From IMG/VR virus record IMGVR_UViG_3300024581_002882: a stretch of DNA of 64,000 nt; one strand, 5' to 3'. The stretch comes from a virus. Shown piece by piece: positions 45,801 through 54,109 of the stretch. The notes beneath the pieces are model-generated. The model did no database searches and was not told where the DNA came from. It saw only the letters and a program-made list of their open reading frames with translations. How positions within the stretch are numbered: the stretch's first letter is position 1; each line of letters opens with the position of its first letter. The position numbers were made by a program, and so were the translations under genes.

Positions 45801-48504
45801 TGTTTCGGGTGGAACGGGGCTAACAGGTACTGTAACAACTTCAGGAAGCATAAGTGTAGATTATTCAGGTGCAGATAATATAATTGATAGTGCTACAGAT
45901 TGCACAACTATTGCTGTTGCAGGTGGTGATAGAATTATGACTACAAATAATTCCACAAGCATTGTGGAGTTTCATAAGGTTTCAGATTTACCATTCACAA
46001 GCTGTACGGGTAGTGTAACAAGCGTTGGTGCTACCACAGGAACTTCAGGAACAGACTTTAATATTTCGGGTAGCCCAATTACAGGAAGTGGCACAATTAC
46101 ATTTAATCTACCTACTGCAAGTGCTATTAACACAGGGAAACTATCAAGTACAGATTGGAGTACATTTAACTCAAAAACCACTTGTACAGGTACAGTTACT
46201 TCGGTTGCTGTAACAGGTGGTGTTGGAATTGATGTTTCGGGAAGCCCGATTACAGGGAGTGGCACGATTGACTTAACAATTGACCTAAACGAATTAACTA
46301 CATCTACAAGTGATGCAGATGGAGACTTTTTTGCTGTTGTAGATTCACTTGGCAATCAAAATAAAATAACAAAAGCTTGTGTAAATCTTTCAGGGTTTAA
46401 TAACAATTGCGGATGGACAGATTGTGTTGGAACTATTACGGGGGTTACAGCAAGTACAGGTCTTTCAGGTGGCGGTTCTTCAGGTTCTGTAACACTTACA
46501 AATACCGACAGAGGTTCTTCACAAAACATATTTAAAAACGTAGCGGTTTCGGGTCAATCTACAATTGTTGCTGACAGTAATAATGATACACTTACGCTTG
46601 TTGGTTCAGGTTTATCTATTACAACAGATGCCACAACAGACACAGTTACTTTTACAGTAACAGATGCAGGTGGAACAGTTACAGAGGTGTGTGGTGCTGT
46701 TGGTACTTCAGGCACAGATTTTAATGTTTCGGGTAGTCCGATTACAACAAATGGAACATTAACATTTAATTTACCTGTAGCAAGTGCAACTAATACAGGA
46801 AAGTTATCTAATACTGATTGGAGTACATTTAATTCTAAAACTACTTGCGTTGGTACAATTACAGGTGTAACAGCAGGTGCAGGTATGTCGGGTGGTGGAA
46901 CTTCAGGAAATGTAACTTTAACAAATGCTGATAGAGGTTCATCGCAAAATATATTTAAAAATGTTGCAGTTTCAGGTCAAAGCACAATTGTAGCTGATAA
47001 CAATAACGACACACTAACTTTAGCAAATGGTAGTAATATAACAATTACAACAAATGCTACAACTGATACAGTTACAATTTCTTCTTCAGCTACAACCTGT
47101 ACGGGTACTGTAACGGGTACAGGTACTGCAAATATTTTACCCAAGTGGTCATCAACTACAGCACTTACAAATTCATGTATTGGCGATGATGGTACTTTAG
47201 TATGTATAAACGCTAATTTAAGAACGGGTGCTACTGATAATGTTTCAACGGGTGGATTAAGTTTTGCAGGTGGAGAAATATCTTGTGCAACAGGTTGTCA
47301 AAGTATTGCGTATGGTTTTTGTAATAACTCAAGTGGTGGTGCATCTGCTACTTTTGGTGCAATAAATACAACTTCAGGGGCAAACTCTATGATTGGTGGC
47401 GGTGCTAATAACTGTATTTCGGGACTTGAATCATTTATTGGTGGTGGAAATTCTAATAATGTTTCAGGGTGGTATTCATCGGCATTTGGTTTAGGTAATG
47501 TGGGTTTTGGCGGTGGAACACTTACGAGTGGTTCAAATAATACCAATAATGGAGAAAATTCAATTATTCACAGTTTAAACTCTGCAACAGTTAATGCTGC
47601 TTGTAGAAGTGCTATTATTGGTGGAATTGGAAATACAGCTTGGGCGAAAGAATCTTTTATAAGCGGGTTTGCAAACCAAGTTTCTACAAATGCTTTTGGT
47701 GGAAATGTTATTTTTGGGGGTGCAAATGTAATATGTCATGGTCATAATAGTGCAGTTTTTGGTGGCTCAAACTGTGTGATACTTCAATGTGCAGGTTCAA
47801 GTTCTTGTAATGGTTATGCTACGATTCTTGGTAAGTGTAATAGAACTTGTGGTAATGCTTATTACTCATTAACAGGTGGTGAACTTTCTACAAACTTCTC
47901 ATGTGCAGGTATTTCTTTTGGGTGTGGTGCTACAGCGAGTACAGGAATTGCACAATTCAGTTTCGGCAGGGGAACTGCAAACCCAAATAACGGAACTACT
48001 GCAAATATTGAAGGCTCTTTTGTTGTTGGTAGATATAACGTAGAAAGCACAACAGCTTGTCATCTTTTTGCTGTAGGTACGGGTACTTCAGATTCTTCAA
48101 GATATACCACACTTAATGTAGATGCTAATTGTAGAGTAGGAATACGCACATTAACGCCAACAACAGAACTTCAGGTAGTTGGAACAACAACTACAACTAC
48201 ATTAGTTGAAACTTCTGCATTTAGATTTAAAGAAAATATTTCCCCAATAGATAGTCAAATTGAAATAATAAAACAACTTAGACCTGTTGAGTTTGATTGG
48301 AAAGACACCAAAAAACACGATTTCGGACTTATTGCAGAAGAAGTAGAAAATCTTTTACCAACTTTTGTGGAACATGACGATGATGGCGAATTGATTGGTG
48401 TTAAATACTCTAAATTAACAGCTATTTTAATTAAGGGTATGCAGGAACAACAAAAAGAAATAGAATACCTTAAAAAAGAATTGCAAATTTTAAAAAATAA
48501 CTAA
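42853..48504 (+). CDS. 1883-aa modular Cys-rich fibre with C-terminal S74-type intramolecular chaperone
   Basis: T/G/S repeat modules; SAFRFKENI...LRPVEFDWK...GLIAEEV...VKYSKLTAILIKGMQE. Confidence 0.88.
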   Translation: MAIQTSCSNDICVVTGNELKLFIDSCTNLISVKDSNGNVQTLDNFIVDEGITRVIAGECLTGGGTSSTVTLNHACTSTLSGTYGQPLLQDGCYIKSITVDEFGHLTEVTTDNFNTQYLGINACAVDSALLNNQAGSYYLDFCNFTNVPDLGDICGVCAGDGLGGGGDTGVVTLCNTDKGSSQNIIKNICGNLGGYTSSTNNDLFCIKGVGTVSTSITGNTLTISSSNTVNDSLITLSTSSGVGGGGSFTLNQTGSCTISFSNTDKGSDQSIFKNFCVSGEGTVTANNNNDTLSFIKGTGIDLTTNPTNQTITISSTISSANNCQIQITGGDGLSGSATFTLNQNSNGSFTITNSDKGSSQTFFQSIEVIGSCTVTADQNNDTLCLSAGTGITLTSDNTQDLITIGTTATSCTGTVTSVGATTGTTGTDFNISGSPVTTNGTITFNLPSASATNRGALTSADWSTFNSKTSCVGTVTSVGVTTGETGTDVSVSGSPITTSGVITLNIPIASATNTGKLSSTDWSDFNNKVDDVTAGTGISVSGTDTIEVTNTDLGSSQCIFKNIAVSGQNTIVADTNNDTLTFAGSGITIETDDTTDTVTFTVTDAGGTVTSVGLDTGTTGTDINVSGSPVTTSGNITLNIPDASASSRGALTSADFNTFSNKTSCVGTVFSVGATGGEGIVVTNSPITTSGSFGISVCLNELTTSIDNGDGCFFAVVDASGVQNKLTKSNINISGFNNDENFTTCTGTVSSVAVSGGTGISVSGSPITGSGTITVTNSDRGSSQCIFKNVAVSGQTTIVADSNNDTLTLANGSNISITTNATSDTVTISTSATTCTGTITGVTAGTGLSGGGTSGSVTLTNADKGSDQNIFKTICVSGQNDIVADSNNDILTFVAGTGITITTDDTTDTITINSPDAGGTVTEVCATTGTTGTDFNVSGSPITTSGTLTFNLPTASATNTGKLSSTDWSTFNSKTDCTGTVTSVSGGTGLTGTVTTSGSISVDYSGADNIIDSATDCTTIAVAGGDRIMTTNNSTSIVEFHKVSDLPFTSCTGSVTSVGATTGTSGTDFNISGSPITGSGTITFNLPTASAINTGKLSSTDWSTFNSKTTCTGTVTSVAVTGGVGIDVSGSPITGSGTIDLTIDLNELTTSTSDADGDFFAVVDSLGNQNKITKACVNLSGFNNNCGWTDCVGTITGVTASTGLSGGGSSGSVTLTNTDRGSSQNIFKNVAVSGQSTIVADSNNDTLTLVGSGLSITTDATTDTVTFTVTDAGGTVTEVCGAVGTSGTDFNVSGSPITTNGTLTFNLPVASATNTGKLSNTDWSTFNSKTTCVGTITGVTAGAGMSGGGTSGNVTLTNADRGSSQNIFKNVAVSGQSTIVADNNNDTLTLANGSNITITTNATTDTVTISSSATTCTGTVTGTGTANILPKWSSTTALTNSCIGDDGTLVCINANLRTGATDNVSTGGLSFAGGEISCATGCQSIAYGFCNNSSGGASATFGAINTTSGANSMIGGGANNCISGLESFIGGGNSNNVSGWYSSAFGLGNVGFGGGTLTSGSNNTNNGENSIIHSLNSATVNAACRSAIIGGIGNTAWAKESFISGFANQVSTNAFGGNVIFGGANVICHGHNSAVFGGSNCVILQCAGSSSCNGYATILGKCNRTCGNAYYSLTGGELSTNFSCAGISFGCGATASTGIAQFSFGRGTANPNNGTTANIEGSFVVGRYNVESTTACHLFAVGTGTSDSSRYTTLNVDANCRVGIRTLTPTTELQVVGTTTTTTLVETSAFRFKENISPIDSQIEIIKQLRPVEFDWKDTKKHDFGLIAEEVENLLPTFVEHDDDGELIGVKYSKLTAILIKGMQEQQKEIEYLKKELQILKNN
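43370..47110 (+). repeat. interleaved coding repeats in the long fibre (6 A, 8 B and 2 C modules)
   Basis: A = GTVTSVG..TGT.GTD...SGSP.TT.G.IT.N.P.ASAT..G.L...DW..FN.K; B = D(K/R/L)GS.Q.IFK...V.G...I.AD.NND.L; C = LNELTTS...DG.FFAVVD. Confidence 0.85.
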
Positions 48505-48506
48505 TT

Positions 48507-50099
48507 ATGGCTACTTTATCAAGCACACAAATTTGCGGAACTTATACTTCAAAATATACTGTTACAGAGGGAACAGCGTGTACTTTTGTTAAAGCAGATA
48601 ATAGCACCGCCTGTGAAATTTTCGGTTGCTGTTCGGCAATTACAAGGGGTACACAAGGGGCTATATACAACCCTTTAAGAGAATTTTGTTATTATAGTTC
48701 ATCATATAGTCCATCAGGGCTTCTTTTTAATGTAGATGGTTGGTCAGATTTATCAAATATTACCACAAGAAATTATGGTAATTTTGTTGAAGTTTTAGGG
48801 GGTAGTGTAGGAAATTATGTTGTTGGAACAGAGATGATAATGTGGGATGTAAACAACGACAACTACCATAAAATATGCTTCACAGCATGGACACAAGGCG
48901 GTCAAGGTGGTGGATTTACTTATGTAAGAACACCATTAACACTTTCTGACGATAGACTTACCGTATCATCGTTAACTGTTGGCGATGAAGTTGTTTTTCC
49001 TACAGATATTAGTATAAAAGCACAAAATTTTTATTCTTCATGTAGTGGAACAATATGTAATAATGGTGAAATTTCATTAAGTAGCTGTAATCTAAATATA
49101 GGTATTGGTTACAATATTGCTACCTGTGGTTTCAGCACCACAACTCCATTGACAAGACCCGTAAATCAAAATGTTTTTATTGGAAATGCTATTCTTTGTA
49201 GAAATGCAAGTAGTGTTCTAAATTCAATTACTTTTGGAAATGTATTTATTGGGCGTTCTATTGCAAGTTCACTTCCCCAATCTACAGCAACAAATATGTG
49301 TTATAATGTTGGGATAGGTCAATCTGCTCTTTCGTGGTTGGGCTGTTGTTATCAAGGTAATTTTAACACCGCAATAGGAACTAATTCCTCTGCGTTATTA
49401 AAATGTGGATGCCTTAACACATCTATAGGTTATTATTCTTTAAGAGGCAACTGCTTAGGTTCTTGTAATACAGGATTAGGGGCTTGTGCTTTGTGTACTA
49501 CTTCAAGTAATTATAACAACACTACAGGCGTTGGTTATTGTGCTTTAGTTACAGGAAGCAATCAGGTTCAAATTGGAAATTCATCAACAACAACTTACGT
49601 TTACGGAACGGTTCAAAACAGGTCTGATGAAAGAGATAAAACAGAAATAAGAGACACCCTACTCGGATTAAACTTCATAAATTGCCTAAGACCCGTTGAT
49701 TTTAAATGGGATATGAGAGATGATTATTTTTCCGAAGCACCAACAATGCCCGAAATATCTGATGATATGTCAGATGAAGAAATACAGTCAATAAACGCAC
49801 AACATGAGGCTGATTTAGAGCAATGGAAAAATGAAAATAATTTAGGTGTAGTTTCTTCAGATGGCACACACAAACGAAACAGATTTCATCATGGGCTTAT
49901 TGCTCAAGAGGTAAAACAGGTTATTGATGATTTAGGCATAGATTTTGGGGGCTACCAAGACCACAGTATTGCAGATGGAGACAGCACACTAACAATAGGT
50001 TATGATGAACTTATAGCCCCCCTTATAAAGGCTGTTCAGGAATTAAAATCTACAATAGACAATTTAGAAAGCAGAATACAAACTTTAGAATCTAATTAA
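48507..50099 (+). CDS. 530-aa Cys-rich fibre/spike with S74-type chaperone
   Basis: N..IG..AL repeats; RSDERDKTEI...LNFINCLRPVDFKW...HGLIAQEV...IGYDELIAPLIKAVQEL. Confidence 0.88.
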   Translation: MATLSSTQICGTYTSKYTVTEGTACTFVKADNSTACEIFGCCSAITRGTQGAIYNPLREFCYYSSSYSPSGLLFNVDGWSDLSNITTRNYGNFVEVLGGSVGNYVVGTEMIMWDVNNDNYHKICFTAWTQGGQGGGFTYVRTPLTLSDDRLTVSSLTVGDEVVFPTDISIKAQNFYSSCSGTICNNGEISLSSCNLNIGIGYNIATCGFSTTTPLTRPVNQNVFIGNAILCRNASSVLNSITFGNVFIGRSIASSLPQSTATNMCYNVGIGQSALSWLGCCYQGNFNTAIGTNSSALLKCGCLNTSIGYYSLRGNCLGSCNTGLGACALCTTSSNYNNTTGVGYCALVTGSNQVQIGNSSTTTYVYGTVQNRSDERDKTEIRDTLLGLNFINCLRPVDFKWDMRDDYFSEAPTMPEISDDMSDEEIQSINAQHEADLEQWKNENNLGVVSSDGTHKRNRFHHGLIAQEVKQVIDDLGIDFGGYQDHSIADGDSTLTIGYDELIAPLIKAVQELKSTIDNLESRIQTLESN

Positions 50100-50100
50100 T

Positions 50101-50460
50101 ATGACAAGCACATGGACAGTTTTGGGTATTAAATCACACACAAGTAACGGTGGTGTTTTTTATGCTGATTTACAATATTCTATAACAGATTTAGAATTAA
50201 TGATATTTGCATCAAAAAACGTTTCTGTAGAATTTACCTATGACGACACAGATGAAAATTTTATCCCGTTTAACGAACTTACAGAAGAAAATATTGTAAC
50301 TTGGGCTAAAGAAATAATTGACTATCAAACAATAGAATCAGATGTTTTAGAAGATTACAACAATCAGGTAAGTGAAGCTGAACAAACAAACGAGGTGTCA
50401 GATAGTTTTCCCGAAAACTTTAGACCTTTGCCACCACCTTTTGACACTTCGGGAATATAA
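50101..50460 (+). CDS. fibre-associated hypothetical protein
   Basis: FIPFNELTEENIVTWAK; directly after the fibre. Confidence 0.55.
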   Translation: MTSTWTVLGIKSHTSNGGVFYADLQYSITDLELMIFASKNVSVEFTYDDTDENFIPFNELTEENIVTWAKEIIDYQTIESDVLEDYNNQVSEAEQTNEVSDSFPENFRPLPPPFDTSGI

Positions 50461-50481
50461 AAAGAAAAACTAATTACTCAA

Positions 50482-51354
50482 ATGAACATAATTTTAAATA
50501 TTCAAGGTGGACTTGGAAAAAATATTTTAGCCACCGCACTCACAAGAGGAATAAAAAAGCGTTATCCAAATTCTTATCTAATAGTTGTTAGTGGCTATCC
50601 TGATGTTTTTTTAAACAACCCAACAGTAAATAAAACGCTAAAACATGACCAACAAATTGGTATTTATGAAAAATACATTAAAAATCAAGATGTAAAATTT
50701 TTTATTATTGACCCATACTTAACAGATGATTTTCAGAAGAATAACGGTCATTTATTAAATATTTGGTTTAATTTATGTGGTTTAAAATACAAAGGGGAAC
50801 AGCCTGAATTTTTCTTATCTAACGCAGAAAAGCAATTTTATCACACAGCATATAAATCGGAAAAACCGATTTTAGTAATTCAGCCTAATGGTGGTGCAAT
50901 TAATCAAGGTATGTACTATAATTGGGCAAGAGATATTCCTGAAGCTATAGTAAATAAAGTTATTAAAGACTTTAAAAAAGACTACGAAATAATTCATGTT
51001 AAAAGACAAGACCAAATAAGCTATAATGACACAAAACAAGCCCTTGATGGCTTTAGAAGTGTTTCTTATTTATTGTCTATTTCTGAAAAATGTTTGCTCA
51101 TTGATAGCTTTGCACAGCACTTAGCAAAGGCTATGAATAAAAAGGCTGTTGTCCTTTGGTCTGCAACATCGCCTGAAATGTTTGGATATAACACCCATAT
51201 AAACATAAAAGCCAATAAGCACACCAAACAACCCAATATAAATCACCCCCACTACCAACAATTTCAGCTTGTAGAAGCAATAGAACATTGCCCATATAAA
51301 GATTTAAGTGAAATTTTTAATTATAATCAAGTTTATAAGGCATTAAAGTCGTAA
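50482..51354 (+). CDS. GT9-like glycosyltransferase
   Basis: IQGGLGKNI..T, GYPDVFLNNP, ILVIQPNGG, CLLIDSFAQHLA.A. Confidence 0.8.
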   Translation: MNIILNIQGGLGKNILATALTRGIKKRYPNSYLIVVSGYPDVFLNNPTVNKTLKHDQQIGIYEKYIKNQDVKFFIIDPYLTDDFQKNNGHLLNIWFNLCGLKYKGEQPEFFLSNAEKQFYHTAYKSEKPILVIQPNGGAINQGMYYNWARDIPEAIVNKVIKDFKKDYEIIHVKRQDQISYNDTKQALDGFRSVSYLLSISEKCLLIDSFAQHLAKAMNKKAVVLWSATSPEMFGYNTHINIKANKHTKQPNINHPHYQQFQLVEAIEHCPYKDLSEIFNYNQVYKALKS

Positions 51355-51398
51355 ATTTCATTTATTTTTGTTTTAATTTTATAAAATAATTTATTATC

Positions 51399-51707
51399 AT
51401 GTCAAAAAAGAATCAAGAAACACCAAAAATTACAAAAGAAGAACTTGAAGGGCTTAGAAAAATTGTTAATTCAAACAATGAAATCAACAGCAAAAGGGCT
51501 TCAATTTGTTTACAAAAAGAAGTTGCTATTCGTCAATTAGAAAAAGAATTTGACGAGACTTGGGAAATGTTAGATTTGCAATCTAATAAAGGTCAAGAGG
51601 AACAAAAAAATTACTTAGCTGATTTAGACACAAAATATGGTCAAGGTAAAAGCTATGACCTTTCCACAGGGGAAATAAAAGATGTGGAAAAAAATGAACA
51701 GAATTGA
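51399..51707 (+). CDS. coiled-coil hypothetical protein
   Basis: heptads, tail KYG..YDLSTGEI. Confidence 0.6.
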   Translation: MSKKNQETPKITKEELEGLRKIVNSNNEINSKRASICLQKEVAIRQLEKEFDETWEMLDLQSNKGQEEQKNYLADLDTKYGQGKSYDLSTGEIKDVEKNEQN

Positions 51708-52230
51708 CCCAACGGATAAAATAATACAATCCGCTATTTATGAGAACCCTGACGTAGTTGTTAAAATTCTCAAGGATAGCGGTTATCGTGTTTCTAACAA
51801 TCCTACTCTACAAGAGATTACCTCTAAAACTTTTACAGCCTTATACGAAAAAAAAGATGAGGCTTTTGCGAATAGGCTTGATAGCTTAATTACGACAGGG
51901 GAATACAATAATGCAATAGGTATTGCTATAGGGATTGCATCAAGTATTTTTTCGGGAATCATGGGTTCTCGACAGGCAAGAAAGCAAAGGCAATTACAAA
52001 TGCGTATTGCTGTTGCAAACCTTGAAAACGAAAAGTTACTTGCTGAAGAAGAACTTAGGGTTTATGGAGAAACGGAGAGAACTAAAATATTAGCAAACTC
52101 TTTGCTTTCTTATAGAACAGCTTTACAGGGAGAAAGCACAGCAAGACAAAAAAACGTATATCTTTATCTTATTGCAATAGGATTAGGTATATCTATAATT
52201 TACGGTACTAACTTATTACTTTCTGAATAA
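51694..52230 (+). CDS. C-terminally anchored membrane protein (NAxG family)
   Basis: N-domain like 32491; YNNAIG; GIAIGIASSIFSGIMG; coiled coil; TM; start reassigned to 51694. Confidence 0.7.
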   Translation: MNRIDPTDKIIQSAIYENPDVVVKILKDSGYRVSNNPTLQEITSKTFTALYEKKDEAFANRLDSLITTGEYNNAIGIAIGIASSIFSGIMGSRQARKQRQLQMRIAVANLENEKLLAEEELRVYGETERTKILANSLLSYRTALQGESTARQKNVYLYLIAIGLGISIIYGTNLLLSE

Positions 52231-52583
52231 TGGCAACACCAAGCACACCAAAAGGGGGAATTTCAGGCGGAGATATTGCGGGTCAATTAATAAGCACATT
52301 TATTGGTATTGGTTTTGCTAAGGACAATGCCAAGCAACAACGTAAATTACAAGAGAAAATTGCAAAAATGTCTTTGGAAAATCAAAGGCAAATTCAAGAA
52401 CGTTTGGCACAGGCTCAAACAGATATAGAAAGGCAACGAATAGCTTTTCAAATTTTAGCACTTGAAAAAAACGAACAGTTAGTTGAACGTTTAGAGAAAG
52501 ACAAATATAAATCAATGGTTATTGTTGGGGTAGGTGCAGTTGCACTTGCTGTTGTAATTGTTTTAGCAAAAAGAAAAAAATAA
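52230..52583 (+). CDS. amphipathic helix plus coiled coil plus C-terminal TM protein
   Basis: GGDIAGQLISTFIGIG; Q-rich heptads; TM plus KRKK. Confidence 0.7.
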   Translation: MATPSTPKGGISGGDIAGQLISTFIGIGFAKDNAKQQRKLQEKIAKMSLENQRQIQERLAQAQTDIERQRIAFQILALEKNEQLVERLEKDKYKSMVIVGVGAVALAVVIVLAKRKK

Positions 52584-52933
52584 TGGATAATCAGACAAAA
52601 AAATTACTTACTGTTGTTGGTATAGCTGTTTTGCTATTATGGGTTACAAGACCCAAAAACAACATGATTGAGGGTGGTTCTAAAAAGCTGAAAGGAAAAG
52701 GTAAACTATCCGCACCAAAAGAAGCTGATTCAGGACTTGCTCAAGACCAACACAATGGTACTGTTGGTATTCAGGCAATGAGAGAAGCTATCGAAAGCGG
52801 TGAAACTAAAAAAGAACTTGATAAACTTAATCGTATGCTATTAAACGAAAATGGCATAAAAGTTTATGTGATGAGTAACGGTAAATTGTGTGCAAGAAAC
52901 AGAAAGGGTAAAACAGTTGCAAAAGAAAAGTAA
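52583..52933 (+). CDS. N-terminally anchored membrane protein
   Basis: LLTVVGIAVLLLWV. Confidence 0.65.
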   Translation: MDNQTKKLLTVVGIAVLLLWVTRPKNNMIEGGSKKLKGKGKLSAPKEADSGLAQDQHNGTVGIQAMREAIESGETKKELDKLNRMLLNENGIKVYVMSNGKLCARNRKGKTVAKEK

Positions 52934-52936
52934 AAA

Positions 52937-53461
52937 ATGGCTACACATTCCCCTACATCAACATCTTATCCAAATGGAGTTGTAACAATTGAAAGCGAAG
53001 ATGCTACTACTTACAATTCCATACAGGAATCTGTTGTAGGTTCTCACAACTACAAGATAAATAAAGTTTACCTTAAAACAAACGATGTTTCACAGATTTT
53101 AGAGCCTATAACATTTAGAAAATTCGATTCAAATGGTAACGTACAAGAGGACAAAACAGTTCCTACCGTTGACCCATTTAGCTTTCAGCCATCAATAGAT
53201 ATAGATTTTAAAGGAAAAGAAAATATTTTAGATGGAAGAACCGAAATAATATATAACGTAAAGGCGAATGAAAATGTATATTTTTACCTTGACACAACAG
53301 TTATAGACAATGGTTCTTTATTAGGAGAACAAAAAGGATTTGATAAAGATTTTTTAGAAACATACGACTTTTTTCAAGAGTATGATGACCAAATAGTAAT
53401 TGATTTTAATTATGACCAAGACAGAGTACCTCAATGCACAGACGAAACACCGAGTGATTGA
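52937..53461 (+). CDS. paralogue of the capsid candidate (minor capsid or penton-like)
   Basis: QILEPITFRKFDSNGNVQEDKTVPTVDPFSFQ vs QILETISVNTRDANGNEAQKTLVPTIDPYQQQ; LDGRTEII.NVKAN vs IDGFTKLII.QVLAN. Confidence 0.75.
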   Translation: MATHSPTSTSYPNGVVTIESEDATTYNSIQESVVGSHNYKINKVYLKTNDVSQILEPITFRKFDSNGNVQEDKTVPTVDPFSFQPSIDIDFKGKENILDGRTEIIYNVKANENVYFYLDTTVIDNGSLLGEQKGFDKDFLETYDFFQEYDDQIVIDFNYDQDRVPQCTDETPSD

Positions 53462-53861
53462 TGGTCTTAAAACGGGTGATTTAATTAAATTCAAAGCTGA
53501 CACATTTTTACCTTTTTTATACCATTATGGTATAATTAGTATTGAAAATGGCAAAAAATATATTTATCATTTACAAACTGATAAGGAAAACAAACATGGC
53601 GGAAATTTAGTTAGAGATAACTTTTTAGATTACGCAAAAGGCAGAGAAATACTTGAAGTTCAAAACCTTAAATTGAATAGGGAAGAATTTCAAGAAGTTT
53701 TAGAGAGTATTAAAAAAGAAAAGTATAATGTGTTCACAAATAATTGTGAGCATTTTGTACATTATTTAAAAGACAAAAAAGCTATTTCCCCACAGTTAAA
53801 AGCTTGGGGCTTGGCTGTTTCATTAGGTATTATAACATACCTTTTTATAAATAAAAAATGA
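53412..53861 (+). CDS. LRAT/NC-type permuted papain-like enzyme with C-terminal TM
   Basis: LKTGDLI..HYGI..YIYHL...YNVFTNNCEHFV; TM plus KK. Confidence 0.85.
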   Translation: MTKTEYLNAQTKHRVIDGLKTGDLIKFKADTFLPFLYHYGIISIENGKKYIYHLQTDKENKHGGNLVRDNFLDYAKGREILEVQNLKLNREEFQEVLESIKKEKYNVFTNNCEHFVHYLKDKKAISPQLKAWGLAVSLGIITYLFINKK

Positions 53862-54106
53862 AAGAAAACAAGGGTTTATTTATTTTTTTTGGTGTAAGCA
53901 TGACTGCATTAGCCCTTTATACCTTTTACTTTCACGACAAATATTTCAGTAAACAAGCTAAGGAAAGAATTAAAAAAGCTAAAGATAAAAAAGAAGCCGA
54001 AGAATTTATTGAAAGGCTTAAAACTGAAGGTGTTACTATTTTTGAAAAGCCATTATTTACTAAAAATGAAAAAGGGCTATATTGCATACAGCCACCATGT
54101 TTTTAA
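53858..54106 (+). CDS. N-terminally anchored membrane protein
   Basis: GLFIFFGVSMTALALYTFYF. Confidence 0.6.
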   Translation: MKENKGLFIFFGVSMTALALYTFYFHDKYFSKQAKERIKKAKDKKEAEEFIERLKTEGVTIFEKPLFTKNEKGLYCIQPPCF

Positions 54107-54109
54107 ACT

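Noticed and set aside
43929-48050. Long minus-strand ORFs (43929-44975, 45486-45851, 45972-46355, 47298-47546 and others)
   Set aside because: Antisense shadows of the low-complexity T/G/S fibre gene; V/P-rich translations with no independent signals.
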